Source of the DNA: Anthoceros angustus | Taxonomy: Eukaryota > Plantae > Anthocerotophyta | Direction: 5' to 3' | Assembly (NCBI GenBank): GCA_010909165.1 | Contig: MU008229.1 | Location: 60,512-124,511 of the forward strand | DNA: 64,000 nt | Shown: positions 37,009-48,157 of the stretch, in pieces | Position numbering within the stretch: the first letter of the stretch is position 1 | Layout of the letters: each line of letters begins with the position of its first letter | The notes under the pieces: model-generated | Database searches by the model: none | Told to the model about the DNA's origin: nothing | What the model saw: only the letters and a program-made list of their open reading frames with translations | Translations under genes and position numbers: made by a program

Positions 37009-39295
37009 ATGCTTCGAGGAGCTCATTCCCGCAATCTGAGGCTGGTCACGGCCCGCCTGGTGGACTCTCCCCATCCAGCTGCCGCGCTGCACGCGCTCCG
37101 TCTACACTCTTCCCTTCTCCATCCTCCTGAAACGCAGAGCCTTGTGAGAGATTTTGGGGGCTGGGATTCTGGATTCTCGCCACGTCATCATTGCCTGGTC
37201 TGCGTCTGCCCCAGAGTGGGTTCCTCGTTCTCTTCTCAGCTTTGTGGGGGTCGGCTATTTGAGCTTCTTGGTTGGGGGTGTGGGCAGGAGGGCAGAGACC
37301 TCAGCAATTCATCATGGCACAGGAGCTTTACCACCCAAGTTCGGAAAGGTTAGCCTCCTTGTAAGCACATGATGGCGTGCTCAGTTTCTGGAGCAATTTC
37401 GTTCTAGTCGGCCCTGAAATCTGCGAGAAAGGTTTCACTTTTAAACTTGTGAAATGTGAGTGTTCCTGTAGTGTCATACACTGTTCTGCATGTGCAGGGT
37501 GAGCTCTTTGTAGGTGTTTGCATTTCATTCTTTTAAGGTCTGCTTCTCTTTGATTGGCTACTCATCCAGTGCCGGACTGTCTGGTTCCCTGGTATCGTCA
37601 GGAGGCAAGCGGAGCCCGAAGCAGATGGATGTTGCAGGTCAGTCGGATGGAGCTTCTGTGAGAGAGGCCGCACTGCAGGCAGCTATCTCGAAAATAGAGC
37701 ACGAGTATGGAAAGGAAACAGTCATGTGGATGGGGAGGAACCCCCGCCAGGATATCGCAGTTATCTCGACAGGATCGCTATCACTTGATATAGCTTTGGG
37801 AATCGGTGGCTTGCCAAGGGTACGCTGTGGGCTTTGTGCTTGGGGAGTGTGATGGAAGTTGAGGGTGGTTGTTGACGTGATGTCGCATGTACTGCGTGGT
37901 TCTGCCGGGTCTTCGGAAAGGGCCCCATTTTCTTTTAAGGTTGAGTTCAGCTAACTGGGCTTCCACTACCAGGGCCGTGTTATAGAAATCTACGGACCTG
38001 AGGCGTCCGGAAAAACTACGCTGGCACTCCATGTCGTCGCAGAGGCTCAAAAACTAGGAGGTACTGTTCAGAGGCTGATATAATGTGAATGTGCGATGTG
38101 TTTTTGCAGGTGGGCCAAACATTGCTGAATCACAGTTCTCCGTGCTGTGCAGGTAAATGTCTCTTCGTCGATGCAGAGCATGCCCTTGACCGATCCTTTG
38201 CAGAGAAGATTGGTGTTGATGTGAACGACCTGTTGCTATCACAGCCTGACGATGGGGAGCAAGCGCTTAATATCACTGACGTTATGATCAGAAGTGGCAG
38301 CATTGATGTTGTTGTCGTCGACAGTGTGAGTGCTGTTTCTGCTTTGATCGCTTTTCTACATTGCAAGTTTTTTTTTGCTGTGAGAAGATGGGCTTGCAGT
38401 TCAGGTTACTCACATGTCCATTATCATCTTGTACGTGCCAGGTGGCAGCTTTGGTACCCAAAGCAGAATTGGAAGGAGACATGGGTGATTCGCATATGGC
38501 CCTGCAGGCTCGCCTCATGAGCCAGGCCCTAAGGAAGCTTACGCATTCTCTTTCACGCGCCCAAACGACCCTCATCTTTATCAACCAGGTCTGTCCGTAT
38601 CTAAGGAATCCCTCTCCATGTTTGCCAGGTCCTGGTGGTTGTTGGTGATGTTTACTGTGATGGTGGAACAGATTAGATCAAAACTAGGAACTTTTGGAGG
38701 ATTCGGGGGTCCCTTAGAGGTGACCTCTGGAGGCAACACTTGAAGTTTTATGCCTCTGTCCGGCTTAACATCCGCAGAACAAATATGCTGAAGACAGGAA
38801 ACGAGGTGTGCTCACCGGCCAAAATTTGGGCAGTGTGCATTTTAGTATGAGTTTTGTGTACAGTTCATTGATTTCTCTTGCCTGAGTTCATTCACAATGG
38901 TGTCTTGAGAATGGGTTTCTTGGCAGGTAATAGGAAACCAAGTGGTGGTGAAAGTGGCAAAGAACAAACTAGCGCCTCCCTTTAGGACCGCAGAATTTGA
39001 GATAGAATTCGGCAGAGGCATCTCTCGAGAAGGCGAGGTTTTGGAGTTGGGCGTAAAGCATGGCTTGCTCTCCAAATCTGGGTCCTGGTTTGCCTACAAC
39101 AAAGAGAATTTCGCCAATGGAAGAGATCAGGGCAAGCTGTACCTCCGCGACAACCCTGACTTTTGTGACAAGTTAATTGCACTTATCAAGGAAGCCAGTC
39201 TGGATGGGAGGGGCTCTACATCGGACGCAGATACAGTTGAGGACATGGATGAAGAAGACGTTGATCCTCAGGACTTGGATGCTAAGGAGGCGTGA
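37009..39295 (+). CDS. RECA: Organellar RecA, mitochondrial type (RECA2/RECA3-like), multi-exon
   Basis: [19 protein letters not shown]|[16 protein letters not shown] (Walker A), [15 protein letters not shown] (Walker B), [44 protein letters not shown]. The N-terminus [17 protein letters not shown] resembles a mitochondrial presequence. One 1-bp deletion near 38718 is absent in copy 2. The 5' exon structure is uncertain. Confidence 0.92.
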
Positions 39296-39648
39296 GGAAA
39301 GTTTGAAATTGCGTTTCTAGCATTCTTTCCTCGAGGTTATCCTTAGCAGTCGCAGGTTCAGAGCAAGACCTGAGTTGTTGCGAAGTCAGGATCTTCCTTT
39401 TAGCACGGCGGAGGTTTTTGCTGCTGAAAAGATGTTTATCCGGAGCCTCGTAATTATGCTTTTTGTGAAGCTAGTGCACTGTTACAGCCACAACCCTAAG
39501 TACCTGCCATAGCCTTGGAGAGAATCTCGCGCACTTTGTACTGTGCTTGCTGTGACTTGCTTCCGGCGCATGGCGGCATTTTTTTCACGATTGCGTAGCT
39601 TTACGTCGTATGGCAATTGTCGAAACCATCTTTTGAAGTGGAGCTGGT

Positions 39649-40359
39649 ATGGAAGGTTACTCTAGCTTGCTGGCACAGTTGTCTCAATTTAAACGAGAGC
39701 TTGACAGGATTAATGGCGAGCTGGAGGAGGAGATAAGAAGGACTGGAACACTCGACTCAGAGCACCGTCACCTACGTGAATTTGAGACGGAAGCAACAGC
39801 AGACCGCGCGGATTTGATCTACACTCTCGTCCGCAGAGAGGGACCATCTAACGATCTGTCAGCGAGGCTGCAAGCCCTGAAGGATCAAATCCAGCTTGCT
39901 GCAGCCAGAGTCAGTGCCAAAGAGAGTAGGAAAGGTGACTTTCGTTCCAAGATTGACCAGGACCGAGATGCATTCGTGGCAGGCTGCAAGAGCTTTAACC
40001 GTGTCCACGAAAGCCTGGGACAAATGTCAATGCTGCCGCTGAAGCAGAATCTACTGGACCACATCTCCAAACTAAAGGAAGCTCTAACCGACGAGGGGCT
40101 TTCGCAACCCCAGACTAGCAACCTCGAGGTTGCACCAGGGCTGCAAGATGAAGGCCACAGAGCCTCGAAGTATCAAGCTGACGAGCAACAGCATGAGGAG
40201 ATCCAGACACTGCGCAGAGAACTTCTAATATGTTCGGAGGTCCAGGAAGAGCTGCAGAATTGCACCCAAGGCATGCGATTGGAGTTATCCGTCTTAGTGC
40301 GCGAATCTTGGAGCCTAGTGCCTTTGGTAGAGTATCACACTGAGACGCATTTCCTGTGA
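39649..40359 (+). CDS. Unknown coiled-coil protein (true 3' end may be spliced)
   Basis: 236-aa ATG-initiated ORF rich in E/L/Q/R heptads, between RecA and DPB4. Its translation is identical in the second copy (61034-61744). Confidence 0.6.
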   Translation: MEGYSSLLAQLSQFKRELDRINGELEEEIRRTGTLDSEHRHLREFETEATADRADLIYTLVRREGPSNDLSARLQALKDQIQLAAARVSAKESRKGDFRSKIDQDRDAFVAGCKSFNRVHESLGQMSMLPLKQNLLDHISKLKEALTDEGLSQPQTSNLEVAPGLQDEGHRASKYQADEQQHEEIQTLRRELLICSEVQEELQNCTQGMRLELSVLVRESWSLVPLVEYHTETHFL

Positions 40360-40758
40360 TTTATGTCTTGGAATGGGCCTTGGAGGAAACATCTCCACCT
40401 TTAGCTCCCTCGCTTAAACTTGCACTTCCAGAGTGCTTCTTCAATTAGAAGACGCGATTCAGACACTTCGACAGGGAAAACGTGTCTAGGTACTAGGTGG
40501 CAGCAGATTCGGTCCGTAGTGTCAGTTCCTCCGAGTATCTTGACCTTGTGTGCTGTTTACACTTGCGATTGGTATTATCACGGGTTAAAGGCCAGTTGAT
40601 ATAGGTATGTAGGCTGTGAAGGAATTCAAGGCAAGACGTTTATTTCCTTCTGAAGGTTATAACATAAATATGTAGGTATGTACTTCACTCTAATCAAATT
40701 CACGTCCAAGGGTCCATTGGTGTAGGTAAGGCAATAAGGTTTGGTAGTGACGCGTAGG

Positions 40759-41507
40759 ATGGCAGCTCAGGGGAGACGGAGGACCTTCCCCGAGCGAATG
40801 TGAAGAGAGTAGTGAAATCTAAGCTATCAGGTTTGTCCAGTGCTCACTACGACGATGATCGAAGGTATAAGGAGGTGGTGGTGAACAAGGAGGCTCTCAT
40901 CGCTTTTGCTGAGAGTGCGAAGATCTTCATCCACTACATCTCTGCTACGTGGGTCACTATGGAGGCTTTGTGTTGGGGTTTCACTTGTTTGTGCAAGGGG
41001 CATCCGGCGTGGTGGGAAAAGATACGTGAGTGAGTCGTGCGTGCTTGGGGATGTGTCCAACGTTGCCTTTGCTGGTGCTTGGAGCAGGGCCAACGACATC
41101 TGTCGAGAGTCTAAGCGCCTGACGATCAACGCGGAGGATGTTTTGAAAGCTGTTGAAGAGATCGACTTTTCTGAATTCTCGGAGCCCCTGCGAGCTACGC
41201 TGAAAGGTAATGGTCTCAACGCTCTCATCTTGTTCGTGTTTCCCTGTTCTCCACCTCGCATCTGCTTGGCATCAGTGGCTTGGTCGATTAGGTTGCGGTC
41301 TTTTACTTGCTGGCTGCCTCTTCCAGGTTATCGACAAGAAAATGAATCAAAGAAGTCCGAGACTAAGAAAAAGGCTCCATCTACAGGGAAGAAGAGGAAA
41401 GTGACTCCTGTGGAGAAGGGCAAGCAGGCGGTGGATGTGCATCTTGACAGCCCGGACAAGGGTGTAGAGGAGGTCAGACTGATGACGAAGAGATGAGTCC
41501 GTCATGA
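40759..41507 (+). CDS. DPB4: DNA polymerase epsilon / CHRAC histone-fold subunit DPB4 (NF-YB11/POLE3-like), 3 exons
   Basis: DLPRANVKRVVKSKL...KEALIAFAESAKIFIHYISAT|ANDICRESKRLTINAEDVLKAVEEIDFSEFSEPLRATLK|GYRQEN..KKRK matches the Arabidopsis NF-YB11/DPB4 pattern. G-run frameshifts just after the ATG (3 G here, 4 G in copy 2) and near 41468 look like sequencing errors. Confidence 0.88.
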
Positions 41508-41768
41508 AGGTAGAAATACTGAATGGTATCAGCTATAGGAATTTAATCGAGAGTGCGACTGGGAGTTTTCCGTCAGAGTCGCCTACGCACCAGGGCTAGC
41601 CCCGGGTCTCGCTGACGTGAAATATAAGCTCTACAGGTTTTCAGTTTCAGCGTTTCCGGCATAATTGCTTTTTCGACTATAGTGGGATTTTCTTTTTCTT
41701 TTCGACCTTCACAAATGTACATAGTCTTTCCAACAAAGTTCCTGTACAACAGGGCGTCTCTTCAAAAT

Positions 41769-44700
41769 CTACGGCGAGTCCTCCTCGTCGAAATCAAAGA
41801 CCGAAATATCTGCGACACAACGAGTATTAGGTCAGCTGTTGGAGGTGCAAAGAACTGGTGATCTCGGGATATCAGTACCACCAACTCCGTTTTGACAACA
41901 TGCAGCTCCCATCTGCTCCGTAATCGAGAAAGGCTACCCAATACTTACCATGCATTCCGTCATTCATGACCCGAGGCAACGAGCATGAGAACCTGGGTTG
42001 GACAACCTTTAGCAGTTTCGGGGATATTACCCTTTGCTTTTTCCCGGCAACCACATTGGAAGTCTCCTCAGGAGTACCCACTGGCCTGTCAGGACTGCAC
42101 AAATCTACTCTAGGCCGCTTGCGGCGAATCTGTACATATGTTTCTTGAGTCCGATAGCCCCGTAACTCTTGCCGCCTGATCCTGTTTCTGACTGGCCGGG
42201 TCTTTAACTTTATCATAATCCATCCTTTCTCATCAAGGATCTGACAAACCTTTTGAAACACTACAGGGAATGGATCTAGGTACCTGAGGTATCAACACAC
42301 TAAATTAGTCTGATGCTGCAATCCAACTTAGAGGCAACAAGGATACATTTTAGTACAGAACAAGACCTACCTCTCGAAAAAAGTTTGCAGGTACGATTTC
42401 TGAGCCTTGGGTACTCCCCTACGGGAGCTCAAAAATAACCTCTCCATGAGACGGGAAATTTCAACCCCCAAATCCTGAATTTCTTGGTCACTAAAGAGGC
42501 CTTGAGAAACTACAGAGTGCAGCTGCCTCTTTATCTCCAACTCATGCCTGAACCAATGGATTGAAGTCAAAGGATCAATATGTCGTCCAAGCATCAAAAT
42601 GTCCTCCGACAATCAAAACTTAATTGAGGCAACTCTCTCGTTTTGCCACACCAGGGCCACCGTTACGCCTCACTCCTATCTGAATGTTCGACCACAAAAG
42701 CAGAAAATGAAGACCTGCTAAGATTTTCGTCTGGTTTATACTCGGAATGGCACTCCCTGCGTTGAGAAGCCCTCCTAGAAGCTGCAGCTGCAACAGTTAG
42801 ACTGTTGAGGCCCAAGGTCTATTAAAAGTTGACTGCCTTCGCACCCCCGATTAGAAAGTTAACACTGGTAATCTGCAAAAGTACTTCCAAGTTCTATTAC
42901 ATATTGGCTTCACACCCGAGTTAGAAAGTTCAATACTACTCACAAACAACGTCCACACTGGTTGTAGGACAGTCTTGCTGTTGCTTGTCCAGATCAGGTT
43001 CCTGAGTGCCAGGTACCACAATATCAGCTTCCAAGTGCCATTCGCTGTCTTCTGGATGTGCTTGCTGAGGTGTCCCACTTTCAATTGACTTCGCGTGATC
43101 ACCAGGGTTCAAGTAAGCATCACGGGGAGATCTAAGTCCTTCTGAACTCAATCCAATCGAGTGACTTCCACCCTGCCAGGGAGCATGGTTTTTTGAGAGT
43201 AGTTCCACACTCTCATGCTCCAAACTTGCTAGCAGGTCCTGGGCATCCCGTGCAGTCGTTTCAACAGATCGCGAGATATTCAGCTGTGGTATACCTTGAG
43301 CATATGATAGATTCTTTTCAGCTTTCTCTGAGTTCACAGACTCCAGTGCGAAGTCGCTTGTTTCTGATCCTGCCCCAAATGCAAGAGCAGCCAGCACCCC
43401 ATCCAGGACCTGGGAGCTCAATTCCAAAGACTGTGCATCTTCCAGATCACCCTTGCCATCCTGCATATCGCTGTTCAGCACGTCATCCAATGGCACATCC
43501 ACGTGTTTGAAACCATTTTCAAGAGGACTTGTCGTCATGTTGACCAGCTTCACCTCTGTAGTTGACCGGTTGTCTGGCTTCATGTCTCGGCCGACCTGAA
43601 TGCCGAGGCAGGACGTCAATCGTTTCAAGTTAGGTGAATTCGAAATGGTGGCCAGCAGGGCACCTTGATCACTTGTAATGATCGACAAAGTCGCACAGTG
43701 AACTGTTAATGGCTCCATCAGTGCCGCATATGTGGATCCATACTGCGAAAACTGCACCACAGCAGCGGCACGCGTGCGAGCCAAGTGCAGGAGAAACAAC
43801 TGCCAAGATGGCTTGCTAGCTTCAAACTCACAGCGATCTTGTTGCAGCAGCTGGAAAAATGGAATTTCGGGCAATTCACAGTCTTCTTCAACCTTGACAG
43901 CTTCAGTTTTGGAGCATGCCCACATCAAAAAGGTGTCGCAGTCCCGAAGCCAGTTAACCAGAGCTTCATGCTTCGGCAGCAATTTAGTTACCAAAACTGT
44001 AGATGCCCCTTCCCCGGGTATTCTCTTAGGGGCATCATGAAATGAACAACACTTTTTGCTGCTCACTCCCGTAGATCCAGGCTGTAAAAATGTCAGATCA
44101 TAGAGCTCGACATGACTCACAGCCTGAGCCTCTGCTTTACCACAACTGTCAACCTCAACCAGGATATCCGCTGATGTATACGCCTCTCTGCAGGGAAGTC
44201 GGAGGGCAGGGAATGCTACACATGGCCACAAGAGGCAGAAAGGAAGTGCGGTAGACCCAGCTGTGAGGAGCTCTAGATCCCAAAAACTCCACTTCAGCTT
44301 CGCAAACCTGGTTCGCAAGCTAAGTTGCAGAGGGGAGTGTTCCAAAATCCTGGACCTGTCCACATCCCTAGTTGCTGGAGCATCGCTGCAGTCATCATCA
44401 TAAGGTTCCGGCACATGGATCCAGCAAAGATGTATCCCCTGCTTTAGCAGAGTGCTGGAAACCGCCTTGAGTTTTGGTACAAGAAATGTTGCCACAGACA
44501 ACTCTTGGCATCCAGCGTGCAATCGAAGCCACGGCGTGAAGAGAACGAGTAAATTAGGTTGCGTCTCCCACGTTTTCTGTTCCAAACCTTCAACACTAGC
44601 CTTCACATGCCATGGAAGCTCGCTGATAATGCACACAAGAGCTTCCCGGAGCGCATCCGAAGTCGAATCCGGCACATCATGCTCCCCTGACATAACCCCG

Positions 44701-45056
44701 GATTCCTCCATCCTGTCCTCCATGTTAACCTCAGACTCCTCCATTCTGTCCTCCAGATCCTCCTCCAGTTCATCCAGCGCAAAGGCAAAAGGATCGTATA
44801 ATTGGTCAGGAGTGGAAAACGCCGCATACGCACCTGGACTTCCACAAGCTCTTTCCGCCTTCAGCTTGGACTCCTTGGGAGACAAGCTGGAATCAAAAAA
44901 ATAGAAAGCACAAGTCGGAGCATCCGCCGCGTACTTCTTGCAGAGCTGCAAAATTTTGTGCATACAGGTGTGGATATTCGTTGTTTGCCCCGGGGCCAGC
45001 CCGTTCATATCCACTGCTGCAACCACGTTGCGGACATGGTGCATCGCCCTTGCCAT
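41769..45056 (-). CDS. TICRR: Treslin/TICRR (Sld3)-like replication initiation factor, multi-exon
   Basis: The N-terminus VRNVVAAVD..., CAFYFFDSSLSPKES, FALDELEEDLEDR, LREALVCIISELPW, NLLVLFTPW recalls the Treslin_N vWA-like pattern (MLLLD..., WAFKFFDS, FEEELEARL, NAVFLL). Downstream exons (42367-42612; RYLDPFPVVFQKV near 42280) fit an Sld3-core region. Likely ATG 45056; putative stop 41769 (...SVFDFDEEDSP*). Confidence 0.62.
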
Positions 45057-45806
45057 ATGTGATGAACTGCCGATACGCAACTGTCAACGATTGTGCCAAC
45101 AAAGTTCCCCAGACGCGAAGAATGGACCTGTGGCCAGCACCATGGTGCGGGCCTGTGCTTCAATCCGCCGTTGCCAAGGCACTTCAACTCTCTATCATGT
45201 GCTAGCACACGATTAGCACTGGCCGACGAGAACGCCAGGAGCAGCCAGCCGTGTCTGAGCAGGAGAGATCATCATATTGCAGTCGAACGTTGGCCTGTAA
45301 GATCGACAACAAGCCTGAAGCGGACACACGAACATATGACCTTCCGAAGACGAAAGCCGGCAGCGCCTGTCAAAAGAGCGTGTGAATAACTTACAACGAG
45401 TCCGAATGCCGCAGTAGGCAGGGAAGCAGTCTCCAGAGGAGAGGAGAATCGAGAGACTAGAACACTTCCCGCCATGAACGGTAAGCGTACCCGTTGATCC
45501 AAGTAACAGGCGAAACTGGCGATACGTGGACAGACGTGGCCAAACTCATGGCCTCCTCTCACTTGAGGCATAAATAGAGGAATACAGATCGTACCAAACC
45601 TAAAACAATGTGAGTAGTTTTGTAAGTATCTAGGAGCAAAATCTGGTTGCAAAATCTCAGGCACTGCAACGGTGGCATTGCAGGGCGACAGCTACACGAC
45701 AGACCTCTATCGTCCACAGTGATGGCGACCAAAAAGTTCTCGCAACTGCCGAGTCGTCTGTATTTCCAATGAACTTAGTGTGGAGCAGGGACCTTCCCAT
45801 CACCAT

Positions 45807-47468
45807 CTAGACACCAGCACCAGCAGCCTGTCGGCTGGCAAAGTTAATACCCTTTTCAATGCTGCTCTGCAGCTCAGGCTTCAAGGCCTCGAGGGCCTTT
45901 TGCTCGTAGTCTGTCAGCCCTTGCAAATCGCCGGAGACGAATGCCTCAATTCCTTTCTTTCCCAGCTTCACTCGAGAAGCAAAGAAAGGAAGCTCGGTTG
46001 CCTGCATTCAGGTTGTGTGCTAGATTCAGCAACACTGTGCGGTTCACCCGCAGGAACAACGAGCTACAGGGTAAAGAAGGATGGCTTACCTCGGACTGGA
46101 CATATGTGCACTCATAGACGTCCTCATCCCCATCAAGAGCCCGGATGCATGATTCTGCGAATCTTGCAGCGGCGTATGCCTGAAGATTGAACCAGATCAC
46201 CCATCAGAGACAAGTCAAGACTTCCAAACATAGCCCTACTCAACGCTGTCTTAACCTCCCGTGAAGACCTAAACTGCAGACATGAGCAATGCCTTTACCA
46301 TGGATAGAGTTGCAGAGCCTGCCCCAGCCTTTGCCTGCAACAGAAAAGGTGAATTCTTCAGCATCTCTTGAAGGAGATAATCTTCTAGCTGGGGTTTAAC
46401 AGTGTTGCTAGTGGTCAGCATATCAAACACAAGCTCACCTCCACAACTTCTGTGCCAGCATTCTGGATCTTTACAGTCAGCTCTTCAGTCTCTTCTGGGG
46501 TGAACTCAACCCTAGGTCTGGTCTTCGATAGTAAAGGAAGAATTGTAATGCCGGCATGGCCACCAATAACCGGAACGTCAACATCTAGAAGTCTCAGGTT
46601 CTTCCTCTGTGCAACAAAAGTGTTGGCTCGAACGACATCAAGAGTTGTCACACCAAAAAGCTTTCTTGGATCATAGGTTCCCTTTGCCTTCAGAACCTCA
46701 GCAGCAATAGGGACGGTGGAGTTCACAGGATTGCTGATGATGTTAATCCATGCCTACAAACAAAGCCCAAACAACAAATTGGTCAAGAACACATGAGCAT
46801 CACCAGAACGGTGCAGTTCTCACACAACAAGGGTGACTTACATCAGGGGCATTGTCAGCTACAGCTTCCACAAGGGTCTTCACAATTCCAGCGTTGATAT
46901 TGAAAAGATCATCTCTTGTCATGCCAGGTTTTCGTGGGACTCCAGCTGGAATCACCACAAGGTCTACCCCCTTCAATGCATCACCAAGCTCGCTAGGCCC
47001 TGTGAATGCAGCAACCTGTGTCCCAGATAGTTACACAAGATCAGTAAGACCAAACTATATCCAGAAAAAGCGTAGATCAACTCCTATACAGTGCAAGCAA
47101 AAAGCTTAAGAGTATACCTGGGCCGGAGTGTTGCAGTGGCTCAGATCAGCTACCACTCCGTTCACATTGGCGATATCATACAGGTGGAGGTGAGACACAA
47201 GAGGAGACATTTTGATCAGGAGGGAAAGCGGCTGGCCAATGCCTCCAGCTGCTCCAAGAACTGCTACTTTATATGCGGCTGCCCTGGCCTGGCCCATGTT
47301 CAAGTTCTTCACCGCCTTCACCTTCCTCGTACTTTCAACAGACGCTTGCAGGGAGACGAGGGAATCACCCCCGACGTGAGAAGCCACGAAACCCGACATT
47401 GACATAGCCTTGAGACCCGAGAAGCACTGCATCGCAGGCTTCCTTGAAGACTTCAAACATACCACGGA
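45807..47468 (-). CDS. pdNAD-MDH: Plastid NAD-dependent malate dehydrogenase, intron-containing; start exon further upstream not resolved
   Basis: [149 protein letters not shown]: the plastid isoform signature, with a CFSGLKA transit segment. Five GT-AG introns seen in the CDS. Confidence 0.92.
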
Positions 47469-48157
47469 CCTGTAAAACACACTGAAACGATCAGACAAGG
47501 CTAGCAGTCATATCAAACATCTGTCAGATCCAAGCCCTAAGAAAGACAACATGGAATCAAACCGCACACCACCCCACACAAAAAGTAAAGGCGGCAGTAC
47601 AGCTGCCTCTGCTAAACCTAAGCCGCCGAATTACACCAAAATCTCACCAACCTCCACCCGCCTAGCTCAACGACCACTTCTGTCACCTTCATCCACCACT
47701 ACCGTCTCCAAGACGTCACATTGCTCAAAACCAAACCCTGATCCACGGTATCCACACACAGTTCCGAACAAATGGGAACACTGCTCACTCACGACCAAAC
47801 ATTCCAGCTCAAGAACGCAGCTCCCGAGGGCGCAGTACACCAACATGCACCCTGAAGCTCATCTCGCTTGTGCAAAACAAACAATTTGATACAGCAATCC
47901 GCTTCCCAAATTCCACAAACCTCAAATGCAATCAAAACAAAGCATAAAAAGCTTGGCACAACACAACCTCCGAGATCTGGAACCACAACCAGCAAATGTC
48001 ACAATTCGCATTCCATGCAGACAAGATCGGGCAGCTTAGCTCTTCCCCTCTGCCCTCCACCTCTCCCTCTCAACCATGCTCCTACCTGATGCCAACCGAG
48101 TGCGCCCTGCTGCAGTCCGTGTGGCTTGCCAGCCCGGCAGCTGCTCCCTGAGTCGAC

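Noticed and set aside
37009-39295. Bacterial-type RecA as a horizontal transfer or contamination
   Set aside because: It has GT-AG introns, a presequence-like N-terminus and the GGFGGP segment typical of plant mitochondrial RecA, so it is an ordinary endosymbiont-derived nuclear gene.
31609-47468. SBE1 plus plastid NAD-MDH as a starch metabolic gene cluster
   Set aside because: Only two plastid genes, separated by four unrelated genes; nothing in the sequence supports co-regulation.
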